This document shows positions 10,830-23,467 of a DNA stretch of 64,000 nucleotides, piece by piece. The stretch's first letter is position 1, and every line of letters begins with the position of its first letter. The notes beneath the pieces are model-generated. The model had not been told where the DNA came from, ran no database searches, and worked only from the letters and a program-made list of their open reading frames with translations. The stretch is taken from positions 1,614,001 through 1,678,000 of the forward strand of contig CM119373.1 of the NCBI GenBank assembly GCA_051294905.1, written 5' to 3'. The translations under genes and the position numbers were made by a program. This DNA is from Botryllus schlosseri (lineage: Eukaryota).

Positions 10830-12790
10830 GCGGTATATACATCGACTCATGACACACATGCACACGATCTGCGCATATGCATACCATGATGCATGATGTG
10901 CATTGTGCATATGCCGCTGGATAAGGAAGTACAGATATAGCCTTAGGCTTTCTAAGTCATGCACCACCTCCATGCAGTAACGCATGAGCGCAAAGCAGGG
11001 AAGTCATGGATACCAGTGTTCATAGGCGCTGAACTCTAATTTTCCCTAGGTATGCGAGATCGATGACGTCACAAAGGGATGACGTCATAGTGCGCCAGAA
11101 TTGGCAAATTAGCCGACTCGCAAGCGTTCAATATCGCCTGGCACTTGACAAAATTACGATATGATTAAGCAGGCCGCGTAGCCAGTCGGCTGCTTGCTGA
11201 ATTGATTGAATCTAATTCAAATTTACCAAGGTAGCATCAGTTTATTATGGTTAAGTACATGCACCAATGCCGATAATACATCGATCGGATCAGCATCCTT
11301 GTGTAATATACTCGACACATCACGCTACCATAAGATTACCAACGCGTGCGACTGTGTAGTCAATTAGCGAGCTCGCAATCTCCGCAACATATTCGCCAAC
11401 ACACGCGCCGACAATCGGGAGATTTCAATCACTCCGCCTCGAGAACAAACGAATACGCATCTTCGGCGACGCCTAATAAGGTTGCAGGAATTATTTTCCC
11501 AAATAGAAAGTCTGTTCTGGACTCTATTCATTAGTGACTTTGATTTCATAGGAGTTAGAAGTTTCAATATCAAGAGCCTGCAAGACATTTTCTGATCGTT
11601 CAGTTTTAGTATTAGCGTTAGTCAAAATCAATTACGCCGCTGTCTGTTCACGGTCAGTATGTATTTCAATCAATTCCGTCCATGTTCAATGTCTGAGCCA
11701 GTCTGACAACACAATCACAGAAAAAGCGATACTTCCGGCCGACGCATAAGATATCATGTTCCTTCACAGCAGGAGATGACAATCGCAACATTTCGCGCAT
11801 ATATAGAAATTGACATCTTTAGTATCGAGTTCTCGGTCTTGTTGCCTCGCGTTGCGTCTTCTGACCACTCGCGTTTGATCAAATATTCAGGCGCATAGCC
11901 GAGTTGTTATGGAGTGTGTCCTATAATGGAATCCGCATCGATTTCAGGTGGTTCAAACCTTTCTCAAAACTCAAGCCTTGACTCGCATCTTCTGATGGTT
12001 ATTGGTTATGTTTAAGTATTAGCGGAAATCAAGTACGCATGTACGCACAAGTCACACATTTTTGCGGACATTCGATGTCAGTAAGTTTCGTGATATCAAT
12101 CTTTAATCACAACCGATAGATAGGAGCCAAAGCATGCTAGGCCGGAGACGCGATAGATAGGCCGGCAATGATATACTTCGAACCACGCAGACACAATTGT
12201 GTAGGCCAACGATGTTATCGTGCGCAGGCCAGTGATGGTATAGTGCGCACCGGGCCTATTGCAGATGCGATTCATCAAGCCAGCGGAACTAGACCTGACG
12301 GAGACGCGATAAATCAGGCCTGCGACGATTGCGCGCGGTAATCAATGACCTAATTTCGCAATCATCTCAGCGTCGAGATCGCGTTGCGTTACATAGCGCG
12401 CAAACGATTCTCGCAAATTGGAAACGCGCTTCCGGCTAATTGGCCGTGGCCGCGCGCAACACTGATAAAATACTGACAACTGAATTGTAACTGAAGGACG
12501 GAGTTTTGTTAAGCGCCTGAACGTATTGCTGCCGGTTTACTTACGTGTTCAGCAGCACTACGAAACGCTTATTTCTAAATCGATCAATTCACCAGCCAGT
12601 CAGTAACAGACCAAACCGAATTCTGGGTATGCCGCATACCCAAAAAAATTCCTAGGTATGCGCGGCATACCTAGCATACCTGAGTTCAGCGCCTATGCCA
12701 GTGTTACTAATCAGGTCTTTGGTCTGACCCGGCCGGGAATCGAACCCACGACCTACCGATCAAGAAGCCGGACGCTTAACCATTACGCTA
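10830..12790 (-). mobile_element. tRNA-derived SINE (Meta-domain-like core), interrupted by 11021-12697 insertion; 3' boundary approximate
   Basis: Minus strand head TAGCGTAATGG (box A)...GGTTCGATTCCC (box B) at 12790-12735, followed by GGTCAGACCAAAGAC...AACACTGG|TATCCATGACTTCCCTGCTTTGCGCTCA which rejoins across the insertion. Confidence 0.7.
11021..12697. mobile_element. Non-autonomous DNA transposon with CATAGGCG TIRs (hAT Tip100-like or P-like)
   Basis: 16-bp TIRs CATAGGCGCTGAACTC / GAGTTCAGCGCCTATG; perfect 8-bp TSD CCAGTGTT (11013-11020, 12698-12705); GGTATGC subterminal repeats; no coding capacity seen. Confidence 0.9.
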
Positions 12791-13053
12791 TAGGGTCGTG
12801 AAAGCATCTGAAGGGGCCGTGGAGCTGCGTTCAACTAAAAACTAATTCGCGCTAGGCGCCATTTTCCTCGAATTCATAGTTATAGCTAGTGCTCCGGAAT
12901 TCATATTATAGAATTCTCTCGTCAACATTCATAACCTTCCATACCATCAAACTATCCGTTCGGATAGCCAGCATTATGACGCATGACTTACCGCAGGGCA
13001 TGGTATGGAACAAGTATTTTCCATACTCCATACTTGCCTTACTCCCTCCATAC

Positions 13054-15001
13054 CAGTGGTTCCCAACCTTTTTCGGCGTGAGGGCCAAATTTAGAATTTC
13101 AGAGTACGGCCGGGGCCGCACAAATACCAGGGCAATGAAAGGAACCCAAAATTGTCACCAAAATATGGAAATTGGTATTGTTCCGATCATTCGCTTGACG
13201 CCATTGGCCATTGTGTTGCCGCGCTCCCGTTGTTCAGAACAATCAACCTTTGCTGGCTATTTCGGAGTAGTTTTATTGCCCTGGCGAGATTTCAATTCGT
13301 ATTTTTGGAATCAGTGCGACACGTGCTTTCGATAAACACCGACATATCAAATTATTCGGACGCTTGGGTCGCGAGCTATAGGAGTAGGACTACCAATTAT
13401 GCTGCTTTTTGCCGGCTAAATAAGCAGTACGCATCTCGGCGTATTCAATCGTGAGTCACTTGTTGCACATCTATCCGTAAATTAGTTATCAATACCCAGG
13501 GCCGTAACAGCACTTCGTCAGCCCCCCCCAAAAAAACGTTTCTCTTGGCCCCCCAGAGGGTGATAAACCGAACTTCAAAGCCCCCAGACCCCCTCAGGCT
13601 AGATGGCTGTTTACCGCTATTTATCATCTAAATCGGGTGTCCGTTTTAGGCAGCTTCCCTCGACAAATCGCGCCAAGCGCGAAAAATTTCTATAATTCAT
13701 GATTGAATCGGTCAATATAATCGGGAATTGCATATATATTGGTATCAATTTTTATCCTCTCTCTGCTCACGTAATCAGATTGACCGGTTGAGCCGAGTGA
13801 GTGTGTTTGAAAAGGTAGGACCACTCATTATAATAATTAAACATCTTCGGGAGTATACCCAGTGGCACTAACGAAACAGCACTTCGTCAGGCCCCCCAGA
13901 ACACTTAGGTCTTGGGCTCCCATAGGGTCATAAACCGACCCCCGTGCCGTTGTTCGCTTCTGCCACGAAATCAGGATCCCCGTTTAGTGAGCCAGCGCGG
14001 AGCGCGAAAATTTTCGATAATTCATAATAAAATAGGTCAATAAGATCCGGAATTGCATATATATTGCTATTTAATTGCTTGTCCTCTCTGCTCACGTAAT
14101 CAGATTTACCCATAGAGCTGAGTGAGGGGTCTTGGAAACTGTAGGGCCCGTAAATAATAATTAAACATATTCGGACGGGCGGAGCCGTTGGTACGACTTC
14201 GTTACATGATGTTATTTTTTATTTCGTGACCTCCAGTCTGCTGTATCAAAAATATAGAAGCGCCCAAACGTACTAAACTAAAAGATGCAAACTATTTCAA
14301 ATTGGTAGTTCTTCACTGGCATATAATTCTTCCCTTCAATTATACCCTGTATGTATTTTGAATATACATAACGACGTTTTCGGTCAGCGTAAGGGCAGTT
14401 CTTTTCGGCCAAGGTTTTCTCGCTGCCGATCGTTCTGGCACACTTATTGGCGTCGCATGTTACATGGCCTAAAACTTTATATGTCTTCGTGCGGCGTGGC
14501 GCGGTAATGGCTAACGCCGATATGCCCACTTCTATAAATCTTGCGTATTTTATCTTGGTCGAAGAGTACCCAATAATTAAGGTACTTGGAAAGTTGAAAT
14601 CGCGCGCAGCGCGAAAAATCTTTGAAAAAGTTGCATAAAATTTCATAAAATACTCTATAATTTTGGGCCCCCTTCGAGCTCGCTCCCCCCAATTGGGGGG
14701 CTTGGGGTGCGGCAGTTACGGTCCTGTCAATACCTCTAACCATACTTATATCTATAGGTACTGCCCGTTCAACTGGAAAGTTCGGGCACATTGCAATGGA
14801 ACAGCAGTGACGTAATCTTAGCAGTCTACTCACAACTTGCGTGCAACCCTAATTGAAAACTCCAGACTCCAAGCCAAGCAAGAGTATTTTATAAATATAA
14901 TTTTTTTTTCATAGATCGATTTCTCAATATTTTTGTGGGGGCCGCAAGAAGTCTAGTTGGGGGCCGCATGCGGCCCTCAGGGCCGCGGTTGGGAATCACT
15001 G
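13054..15001. mobile_element. Non-autonomous hAT element nested in subterminal region of 12994-19991
   Basis: TIRs CAGTGGTTCCCAACC / GGTTGGGAATCACTG; perfect TSD CTCCATAC (13046-13053, 15002-15009). Confidence 0.9.
13497..14726. mobile_element. Non-autonomous hAT (Tip100-like) element nested in 13054-15001
   Basis: TIRs CAGGGCCGTAAC / GTTACGGTCCTG; perfect TSD TCAATACC (13489-13496, 14727-14734); GCCCCC subterminal motifs; internal diverged duplication (~13507-13860 vs ~13875-14175). Confidence 0.88.
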
Positions 15002-15237
15002 CTCCATACCATACCAACATTGTTCCATACCATACTTGAAACATATTCCATACTTCCAAATACTCCAATATCACAAGTATAGTACCTTTTCTAGCACCTG
15101 TATTATTGATATTTCGGGTGTAATTATTGCTAACCAGCCATGATGCGAATCTAATTCACAGTAATAGTTTTACAGAGTCTGTTTGGTAAGGATTAGTTCA
15201 CGGTGGTGAGGTGTCGACGTGTCGTGTACATCTGCAG

Positions 15238-15910
15238 CAGGGGTGGCCAACCTTTTCAGCCGAAGGGCCACATTTGATTGATTGACGAACTATTGCGCGG
15301 GCCACTAGCCGCGCCAAGCGCGAAAATTCATAGGTCAATGATATTGTCGCTTGACTATATTGCGGGCTTGCTGTATATCACTGGGCTCATTTTGCAAGGA
15401 ATGGACTATTCGGCACCTGGACATATCAATATCGAAAGCTTCGACCAACATGCGTCAATCATTTTTAGCCTGGGTTTCATAGTCGTTCTGCGAGGGCAAA
15501 CGCAAGGTCGCATATGTTGAACGACACTTTGTCTTGTTATCGCGAATATAGTTAGACTCAATCTGATACATTAGGCGTTCTTTCATTTTCAGAAAGGGGC
15601 AACAATATTAAAAGCAAGAAATCGAGCGAAAACATGTTGCGCGAAGCGTGTATAAATTTTTTACTTTTGATAAATCTATCGCAAAATTATTCTGCTTTAC
15701 TGTAGTGTACGAAGATTTACCAAGATGTGACTGGATCTGCCAATGCGTCGGAACTGATATTTTATTCATCACATCTCAACTGTTGCGTCCAGACTACTCG
15801 AATTTTTGGTTGGCTTTGCAAGTTCACAATATGTGCAATCCATTTTTCTTAATATTACTAATTTCGGAAATAATATTATAATATTACTAATTTCGGGTTG
15901 GCCGGCCCTG
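15238..15910. mobile_element. hAT MITE (same family as 31858-32774, opposite orientation)
   Basis: TIRs CAGGGGTGGCCAACC / GGTTGGCCGGCCCTG; TSD ATCTGCAG / ATCTACAG; internal sequence matches reverse complement of 31858-32774. Confidence 0.88.
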
Positions 15911-16518
15911 ATCTACAGCTTCCACTAGCAAAATCAAATAGTCAGCGGATTGTTATCTGGGACCCTCCACAAGAAGATCATCGCATTTCCGATACATTGG
16001 CATGAGGCACATGCCAGTTTGAAGTAAATATTTGCACAATAGTTATTAATAAAGGCTCGACCACATAATATCCCAACTCCAGGCGACCAATACTGCAGCG
16101 ATCTGCGTGATGATTAGTATTTGTTTATCGTTAGCGTGGCTAGAAGTTCAAACTATATCTACCCCACTTCCTGATCTATAATCCTAATGCGAGAGCGTTT
16201 GAAAATTGACTTTTTTGATGATTCATTTGTATAATTCGTTCCCAAAATAAAAAATGAAGCACTTCAAATCACACCATCACCGCAAGAATATTAACACCGA
16301 TCACACCATCACCGCAAGAATATTAACACCGAACAGGCATCAAGGGAACACCGATCATTTGATCACGTTGTTACAGAAATCGATTATGACGATGAATGTC
16401 ATTCTTCAGTACCGTATAGATAGGTGGATCAACGTGACCACAGTCCAATACACTATTTACAATGCGGTCATTCTAATTTCGGAGTACGGTAATAGATTTC
16501 ACTCTCAAAAAGACAATA

Positions 16519-17099
16519 GGCCCATTTACATGGTCAAGTCGTCTTGAAGCCAAGTCGTCTTGGAGCGACGTCATGAGACGGCTTGCCAAAGTGATCGAGT
16601 TTACATGGTCATGTTTATCTCAGCTCGAGTGATACACAGCACTGTGGGATTCAGCTCGGGAATATGCTACGGCAGTTGAGATATCTACAGAGATACTTCA
16701 ACACAATTCTAGAATGACCAAATACACCGCGTTCTTTCTGATTGTGAGTTGTGCAAGTCATATTGTTGGCTGTACTCGCTTCATAAGTTGTCACGCTGAC
16801 CGAATATGACCACGGGCATATTATAAAAGCAATATCATGTACTGATAGAGCTTTCATATTCATCCATTTGAAATACGTGCCGGTTTCGTGAAATATGAAC
16901 ATGAAATGTTGGTATGTTGCTGTAGTCTGGATTCGTTTTCAAGTACCGGTAATGTTCAAGTCGTCTCCAAGCGACTCTGCGAAACGGATTGAGCTCAAGA
17001 CGGATTGAAGCCGTCTGCCTTTTTCTCTTTTTCAAAAACGAGAGAGTCGGATTGACGAGTCAGCGTCGAAGCTGACCCAAACGGCCATGTAAATGGGCT
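16519..17099. mobile_element. PIF/Harbinger-like MITE
   Basis: TIRs GGCCCATTTACATGG / CCATGTAAATGGGCT in TA-rich flanks; internal repeat of TTTACATGGTC and AAGTCGTCT motifs. Confidence 0.7.
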
Positions 17100-18047
17100 T
17101 ATTGACCAATAAGATATCTTGAAATGTAAATGTGGCGGACAATGTTTCAGAATAAATGCAATTATCAATCACATTAAGCTATTAGTACGTTGCAGCATGA
17201 TTGCTTGTAAAGGCTGCTGCACACTGGCTCTCGCGACACGACAAAACGAGAGAATCGCGCCTGTCTGTGACAAAACCATGCACACCGCGTCGCCAGACTA
17301 CGCAACAAAGCGTCGGCGAGCGGGCTGCGCAACTCGCCGACAAAGTTGAAAAATTCCAACTTTGTCGCGAGTTGCGGGCTCAGTCGCAGTAGAAAATAAG
17401 CACGCGCTCTTATTTCGACGGTGCTGTTGCAATCTTTTCTAATCGTTCAACTTCCTAATTTAACATACTCGTGTACCAGATGCGTACTTTATCTTGGGAT
17501 TGACTCAGGGCGCAGTATGATATCCAACAAGCCCAGAAAAAGAATGATTCAACCTCAAGTTGATAACTTAAAGATGGATGAACGAAATGAAGATATATTT
17601 GATAATTAAATTACTATATGTTCACAATACAAGATGAATAACAGATAACATGACCGCTAGCCCGCCAATGCCACTGACATGCTTGACATTACGAAAGTAC
17701 CGGTAGGCCAAGAAGAGTAGGCCTATATTAGGGTTGTTCAGAATACCTTAAAAACATATTCTGGCTACTTTTTTTTGTAACTCGTGCCCTCCATCCGTGA
17801 GCACATTGAGCTGGAAGAATAGCAGCTGAAAATAGGGGATTCCCCTAAAATCTGAGTGTCACGATTTTACCTAGCCTAGTTAAAGTGACATATAACATGG
17901 ATTTATGCAGCTGTTGCGGTTTGGAGTGCTACAGAACCCCACTATATAAGGCATTCCTAGTTCAGGATATCATTTCCATTTCCAAACTGATAGTCATTTT
18001 GTTGGATCACATATCCTACACCCCTCAAACCTACCCGGCACTGTTCA

Positions 18048-19503
18048 TCAATTTCCTGGATCCCCATGTGCAAGAATACAACTGCAAATGTAACATCCAC
18101 TCACAGCCACATAATAAACATCACAGGACATACGCTCTGCTAATGGTGTAGAACGTTTGCCCAATGTTAACATTGTCAACTGCCAGTGTCCGATAGTTTG
18201 ACCACGTGTCAAGGAACTGTTTTGAAGTTTTATTGTAAGTTCGCGTGCAGGCGCTAATGACTCGACCAATTCCTCCAATCTTCCCCATTCATATTTCAGT
18301 CATTCGATAAGCATCTCATTATCCTTGCAAAATGTGGAGAGTTGCATGAGACGCTCAAGCATGTCGTAGGTTGATCCCCAACGAGTTTCAACATCTAGTA
18401 TAGCCATAGACAAATTCTGTCGCTTCAACTCCTTCCGTATGTTGTTTGTGCGAAGAGTGCACACCACAGATCGTGCACGCTGTAGAAGACATTTGGTAGA
18501 CTCGGGTGCCTTCTGGCCGATACATACAATCATTGACTGCGAGAGCCAACGTGCAGCACAGCGAACCTGATGTACTCCGTATGTCGACATCAGAAACTCC
18601 GTGGTGCTCGATTGGAGAAGTCCCTCAATTTTCTCTCGTCATCTTGATCGTCTCTATTTTCTTCCTGTACTTCAACCCTTGATTCTACACACGCAGTACT
18701 AATGAGTCTTCCGGCTAACAGTGCATTTGAACCATTGTCAGTGGTTATTGTATAAATTTGAGTCAAGGTAATGTCGAAGTCGTCCTGCAGAATGTTGACT
18801 ATCAACTTTGATAATTCCGAGCCTGTACTGGCAGTCAGTACCTCCCTCACAGCTAAGGTCCTGATCTGTATACCCATAGAGTCTCCATATTGTACGTTCA
18901 ACCCTAAGAAACTTCTTCCTAATCTTGTAGCCAAATCAAATTTTAAACACAACATTCGACCACTAATCTCCTGCTCGATTCTTTGCTTTGATTTGACAGC
19001 TCCCTCTAAAACGATGTCGCGGACTTGATGAGACGTTAGCGAAATGGGCTGACCTGATTCCCTCAGCTGTCGCACAATAGGATTAAGATTTGCGACATGC
19101 CGGATTTTTCAAACGTATTGAATGGAAGTCCATCGACGGTACATATTTGACGAGCGTATTCCTTCAATATCTGAACATTCAACTCCAAGACAACACCAAT
19201 CATCGTCATGTTTTCCCTTCCATTATCATCCAGTTTCTGTTTCTTGAAAAATGACTCCATGGTGCCAGCAGACTCAGTAGATGTCTTTAGCGATCTCAAC
19301 GCTTCCGAGTATTTAGCCTGGTGACAATTGAATATATGCTTTCGCATAATATTCCAATTAGGATATACAGTTGTCTTGCCCGAAACAAGTGTTCGTTTTT
19401 CCGGTTTCTTTTTCTTGCTTAAGCATAGCTTACAAGTACTAACGGTTGAAGATGGATAAATGTTCCAAAATTGCCTTATATTGACTTTACTGTTATATGG
19501 CAT
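18048..19503 (-). pseudogene. hAT transposase (BED zinc finger, Ac/hobo-like), frameshifted and C-terminally truncated
   Basis: Four consecutive ORF pieces: BED-like FW...CKLC...NIMRKHIFNCH; DGLPFNTF; LKFDLATRLGRSFLGLNVQY; TITTDNGSN; RCAA; LDVETRWGSTYDMLERL; dimerisation domain not seen. Confidence 0.85.
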
Positions 19504-20388
19504 TTCAAAACCACGAGCAAATATTTCATGAACAACGTATATGCCAGTCTACTGCTGATCGTTTGCGAGTGAGGTAGTTGGAGTAGCCTACTTACCAATT
19601 ATTGCGTCACATGGTAGATAGACTATACTCGGCGACGTCGTGTCTAGACTCAGTAGAATACCGGATCAACATTATACTGTTGTCATTATTGCATCACAAA
19701 ATCATTTCATTCCAAGTGCTCCTAAAACCGTTGCACAAGCGTGTATTTGTGCCTACACAGCGTTCAATAGTTCACTCATAGCGTTCAACAGTTCACTCAT
19801 AACAAAAGCAATCGTATTCCGTGAACTGCGAACAACGCTTCATGAAGCTTGCACCGATCACGATAAAATGTATAAAATACCAAAGTATGGAAAAATGTCG
19901 TTCCATACCATACCATGCTTGCATTGTTCCATATTCCATACCAAAATGTCGATCCATACCATACCCTACTTCCATACCATACCATGCCCTGGACTTACGC
20001 ATTATCTGAGCTGACGAACTGGAACGGTTGTTTTGCACCGCTTTCAAAACATTCCACACATTAGTAACGGGCATTTATTGCTTGGTATACGATAGCTGCC
20101 GTTTAGTGCAATATTCGTAATGTATACATGGTTATCTTGGTTGTCTAATTATAAATTTATGCCTGCTAATGCCATTGCTGACAGGTATATTTCATAGCTG
20201 TTTACTATATCAGCATTCTACGAATACGGTAGTTTGTGTATAAGTAGAAATTTAGTAAGCATCAAACCACTTTATCATGGATTATCATCTCGATGCGATC
20301 CTGCTGCTCTACAATTTGAAGACCGTGAGAGACCGGAGTAATGAAGTGGAGCACCTATCAAGCGGAGAGTTTGTTTGTTTGGTTCTAA

Positions 20389-22045
20389 TCTTCAGGACAT
20401 TTTCAGAGGACTGGCGGAGACTTACTGCAAATAGATAAGACCTCAGTGGGCAGAATTGTTCACTAGGTCTCGAAAGCAATTGCTAAAAGAAAGCGTAATT
20501 TTATGAACTTTCCTAACACGCAACATCAAATCAATTCAGAACAGATGGCATTTCATAGCGAGCATCAGTTCCCCGGGCTAATTGGACGCATAGATGGTAC
20601 ACTGCATTCTCACCACCTGGACTCTGAATACGAACATGAGTGCAATCAATTGCACCTATCACATCTGGAAATGATGCGATTGCAAAAAATTCCTCCTTCA
20701 CACTCCGTAGGTTGGAATGAGGCCATCGTACGAAAGTCCAGAGATTAGCAACTATGACTTTTGAAACCTGTAAATGAAAATAACTGAATTTGCAAAAGGG
20801 CATGCAATCGAACACCATCACTTCCTTACCTCCTTGATTACATTTGATACTGCCGGCTGCGAAATGCCTTCCAAATCACCAGAAATCAATTGAAAAGAAC
20901 CGCTGCTTGTGAAGCGTAAGAATATCAACATTTTATGCAGTACTGGTAGAGCAACGCCTTTACTAGAATGTCTGAAGTCATTCTGAATGATCGCAATGAA
21001 GTCATGAAGGCCTTGTTTTGTGAAGCGATAGCGTGCTCTAAATTGGTCGTCAGAGGTATTTTCCATAGGGTTTTGCAAATCTGCCAGTCGACGTTTCGGT
21101 ACTCTTTCATGAACTAAATCACGATCACGATAATACTCTTCCCCAGTCCACCTCATGAACTCTAAAAAGTTCATCTTTTCATCAGCAGTCGCGCAGTACA
21201 GCTACCACGATCCCAATCCCAACAAATGAGAGATTATTCCCCGTTTTTGGCGACTTAAATGTAAACAAGTCTTACCGAGCGAAGAAATTTCTTCCATGAT
21301 ACCATCACGGATCCACCGGTTTCATTCTCGAATTACGCTCGGCATCACAAGAGTCGTCGATGCGTGACCATAAATAATTCCCGTCTTACGAAATAGTTGT
21401 TGTGATGCGAAACCGAATATAATTCGGCGAATTATCGTTAATACGAGTTTTACATTGGTTTCGAAATACGGGCATTAGATCACCTGGTGGACCTAATGCA
21501 GAGTTATTCAGGAATCGCATAGGTTATTTATCCGTAAATGTACAAGTTGTTTGCAATTCTGCAATGGAATTCACGCACATTGTCGCGAGATGGCCAGGAT
21601 CGACTCATGACAGCAGGATATTTGAATCCAGCTCACTCCCCGTGTATATGTCACGAACAAACAAACTGCATCTTGGTGACAGTGGATACCCACTGTTGCA
21701 AAATCTGATAACTCCGCTCTCAAATCCTCAAACCGTCGCAGAGAGGCGCTATTATCGCTCCCACATATCTACCCGCATTAAAATTGAAAGAGCGTTTGAT
21801 GTATGGAAGCAAAGGATTTAATGCTTGATGAATCCACTGCACACCAGATTAGATAACTCGCTCGTGATAATTGTTTCTACTGCGTGCATCCGCCGACACG
21901 AAGACCTAAGTGACATTATGCAGCTCTCAGATAACGTTGCTGATGTAATAAATACACTCGGGAGCGATTTTGGGCATACGCCAGATAGTACTATTTCAGG
22001 TAGAGCCAAACGCAGAGAAATAGTGTCCAGTCATTTTACCGAACT
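20389..22045 (+). pseudogene. Harbinger/PIF (HARBI1-like) transposase, split by an opposite-strand insertion at ~20601-21473
   Basis: SSGHFQRTGGDLL...FPGLIGRIDGT (to ~20600) resumes at 21474 as IRSPGGPNAELFRNR...VNVQVVC...ARWPGSTHDSRIF...LGDSGYP...IERAF; stops and frameshift present. Confidence 0.85.
20601..21473 (-). mobile_element. 5' fragment of a second Harbinger element: terminus plus intron-containing HARBI1-like transposase N-terminus (exons 21174-20830, 20767-~20601)
   Basis: Minus-strand start GCCCGTATTTCGAAACC at 21473 (Harbinger-type TIR); DDQFRARYRFTK, LRFTSSGSFQ..GDL.GISQPAVS, FPDVIGAIDCTHV motifs; 62-bp GT-AG phase-0 intron 20829-20768. Confidence 0.82.
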
Positions 22046-23467
22046 GGAACGTGATAAGCTTTGTCAACAGAAGGAGTTTGTGTACCATCTAAGATTCCAT
22101 GCTGGTGACGTCATATATTTCATGATACGATTGTAAATATACAATGCTCTCAATTCTGTAAACTAATTGCTGCCAATTACCCCGACAAGCGTCAACCGAA
22201 AAATATTTGGGTTCATTTCAATATGAATATTGAATGTAATATTCAATTGTTAATAAACAAAGAATTGCAGTCAAAATATTAGCAAAGTTGGGCAAGGTTT
22301 GGAATGGTAGGCCTATTTGAAATTCAACCAGTCACACATTGGCATATCTATTTATTTTCAAGAGGTGGAGTTCCTCCGCCATTTCTTTTCAGGAGGTAGA
22401 GTTCCTCCACAATTTTCATCTTCTTCTCTTCATTACAGCATTTTCCATTTGGAAGCGATATAGATCCATCCTCATTGAATGCTCCTTTGCATTCATTGCA
22501 TGGATCTGACTGGACAAACCTGTATTGAAATAGGCTCATCAAAGATCATGCATGGCAATTGATATGCAATGGGAAAATCCTTGTCTACTGTGGCATTCAA
22601 TGCAAATATAGACCTGTTGAAGCAAAGAGTTGAAACTTGAACAGTGACGTGACCTAAATGCTAGGACCCAAATGGTGTCACTGAGATATTTGCACGTGCC
22701 GAAGGCCCCAACACAAGTAACATTCGCAATATCTCTTATTCGAATTATGATGAGTTGTTTGTATAGTGAGTAATGCAATGACTGGCAAGTGGCAACACCA
22801 TTGAAAGCACCATAAGCATTTGCTTGTGTGCAGGTAAAATTAGCAACAAACCTTCAAGTTTAGGATTATCCGCACACGGTCTTTTTCGCGCCTTCACAAT
22901 TGGAGTAGACGCTGCTGCATGCGAGATGTTTACACTATCATCGCTAATAATGCTGCCTGAATAAACGATAAATTGAAAATGCCGAGGTTCACAGGCGTAC
23001 AGTCCCTTAGAAAGTTTTCTTTCTCATTGATCCTACGGATAACCTGAGCAATTGTATCAATAGAACTTCGAACTAAGCGCTTCAACTTTCCAAGCATGGA
23101 TTCAAAAGGAAAACATGAGATTTTTGTAATGAGCCATAGCGCTTAGCATCTGCAACAAGATGGATTAAGCTGTGCACGTTGTAAACTAAAGACTGCTTCC
23201 CATATATGGTTGAAAATACTTCAACAAAAATCTTGAGAAGTTGCTCTAGGTAGTCATATTCCAAACCATACATGTCATTATGTAGCAGGCATCGGATGCA
23301 AACTGACAAAAGCAGGAAATGTTTATATATTTTCATCTTTAAAATACCACGAAGGCAAACTGGGCCGGTATAGAGGAGGAATTGGCGGAATTCAGTAGCT
23401 TTCCACAACTTTGATTCAAGGAGGGATCTTGGCTTGCGACAGAATTCCTCTGATAGATGTGGCCTTA

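Larger units (their letters stand above)
12994..19991 (-). mobile_element. Decayed hAT (Ac/hobo-type) transposon with multiple nested insertions
   Basis: TIRs CAGGGCATGGTATGG (12994) / CCATACCATGCCCTG (19991); flanks GACTTACCG / GACTTACG (TSD with 1-nt indel); CCATAC subterminal repeats at both ends; transposase relic inside. Confidence 0.8.

Noticed and set aside
12720..12790. Genuine tRNA gene
   Set aside because: Has A and B boxes but no proper acceptor stem or T-run terminator and continues into a SINE body; same for 60080-60165.
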